Below are positions 31,158 to 32,000 of a DNA stretch of 32,000 nucleotides, piece after piece. The stretch is from Candidatus Nitrospira inopinata (lineage in GTDB: Bacteria > Nitrospirota > Nitrospiria > Nitrospirales > Nitrospiraceae). The position numbers and the translations under genes were made by a program. Positions within the stretch are counted from its first letter, which is position 1. Each line of letters opens with the position of its first letter. Below the pieces are notes generated by a model. It searched no databases. It was not told where the DNA came from and worked only from the letters and a program-made list of their open reading frames with translations. The DNA is taken from contig NZ_LN885086.1 of assembly GCF_001458695.1 (NCBI RefSeq), positions 1,500,001-1,532,000 of the forward strand. The letters run 5' to 3'.

Positions 31158-32000
31158 ATGAACATACGGCTTCGTAATCTCACTGCGATCGTCGTGTTTC
31201 TCGGGCTTGTTTCAGCGGGGCTTTCCGACGTCTATGCGCAAATGCCTGGGGCGGCGGTCGAGTTTCCGTACACGGGGAACCGAACCGCCGTGTGGATTGT
31301 CGCGCAGCTCCATACGCTTCTCGGCGCGTTCATTCTCGGGGCTCCGATGTTCATCGTCATGGCTGAATGGCTTGGACATCGCAAGCAGGATTCCCGGTAT
31401 GATCGCATGGCTCAAGAGATCACAAAGATCACGGTCATTCTTTTCAGCATGACGGCTCTGACCGGCGGACTCTTTATTTTTGTACTTCTGGCCGCCTATC
31501 CCCAGTTCACGACCTGGTTCATCAATCAATTTTATCTTGTGTTCGCCGTGATCTATCCGCTGCTGTTCATCGTCGGGACGATCGTGCTCTACGCATACTT
31601 TTACAGTTGGGACGCCTGGAAAGGAGAGAAAAAAGGGCGTCATATCGCTTTGGGCGTGCTGCTTAATCTGATCTGTCTGGCGACGATGTTCGTGATCAAC
31701 GGCCCGACGTCGTTTATGAATACCCCCGTCAGAAGCGAGGGGGTGTCGCCGATGGAAGCCCTGGCCGCGGCGACCTTGTGGGACAAAATCGCGAACACGA
31801 GCTGGATGCCGCTTAATCTCCATCGCATCGACGGAAACGTCGCGTTTGGGGGGTTTGTGGCGGGCTTGATCGCCGCCTATATGTACATGGGGGCGCAGAA
31901 CAGGGAAGATCGTGCCTATTACGACTGGATGGGTTTTGTTGGAAACCTGATCGCCGTGGGCGCCATGCTTCTTCAGCCCTTTACCGGATTATTGTTGGCC
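31158..32000 (+). CDS. Cytochrome bd-type oxidase subunit I-like membrane protein, N-terminal 281 codons; continues beyond the window end
   Basis: My own translation from ATG 31158 is open to position 32000: MNIRLRNLTAIVVFLGLVSAGLSDVYAQ...TAVWIVAQLHTLLGAFILGAPMFIVMAEWLGH...NLHRIDGNVAFGGFVAGLIAAYMY. This is CydA-like, with a conserved His in helix 1 and multiple TM helices. It is not in the ORF track because it has no stop in the window. The track's 31212-31823 (-) ORF is its antisense shadow. Confidence 0.7.
   Translation, partial: MNIRLRNLTAIVVFLGLVSAGLSDVYAQMPGAAVEFPYTGNRTAVWIVAQLHTLLGAFILGAPMFIVMAEWLGHRKQDSRYDRMAQEITKITVILFSMTALTGGLFIFVLLAAYPQFTTWFINQFYLVFAVIYPLLFIVGTIVLYAYFYSWDAWKGEKKGRHIALGVLLNLICLATMFVINGPTSFMNTPVRSEGVSPMEALAAATLWDKIANTSWMPLNLHRIDGNVAFGGFVAGLIAAYMYMGAQNREDRAYYDWMGFVGNLIAVGAMLLQPFTGLLLA

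Noticed and set aside
1-32000. A search by eye for CRISPR arrays, rRNA, IS elements/transposases, integrases, and long (>20 bp) exact repeats.
   Set aside because: None were seen. The only RNA gene I can support is tRNA-Cys. The repeats found are short (7-14 bp) and reported individually.

Overview
GC-rich chromosomal segment of a Gram-negative bacterium. The gene content (hopanoid genes, a lipoprotein cytochrome c and a cytochrome bd-like subunit) suggests a Nitrospira-like (Nitrospirota) genome; this is inference only. Left to right: fabH 3' end; a convergent PhoB/PhoR-type two-component operon; a secreted FN3 + 3x BACON-like repeat protein behind a near-perfect sigma54 -24/-12 element; ispH; smc; then a hopanoid/MEP locus of shc, hpnG, a co-directional, tightly spaced MlaE/F/D/C(HpnM-like) lipid-transport module ending in an Omp85-type barrel, dxs, ispG and a GT87/DUF2029-like membrane glycosyltransferase. 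tRNA-Cys(GCA) follows. About 5.8 kb of visibly more AT-rich accessory DNA (22171 to about 27940) separates it from hpnH. This island has no integrase. It contains a 1.1 kb repeat- and palindrome-dense non-coding leader and a tightly coupled four-gene operon I could not assign to any characterised system: a 452-aa Cys-pair/coiled-coil protein, a 725-aa protein with an N-terminal LecB/DUF4114-like calcium-lectin signature, a DUF1360-like small membrane protein, and an overlapping 95-aa protein starting MGCCG. This operon is my best candidate for an undescribed system. After hpnH come two small unknown genes, a strong intrinsic terminator, a lipoprotein cytochrome c, and a cytochrome bd-like subunit I gene that runs off the window end and is absent from the ORF track. 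Most long antisense ORFs in the track are GC-driven shadows. I saw no CRISPR arrays, rRNA, IS elements or transposases.
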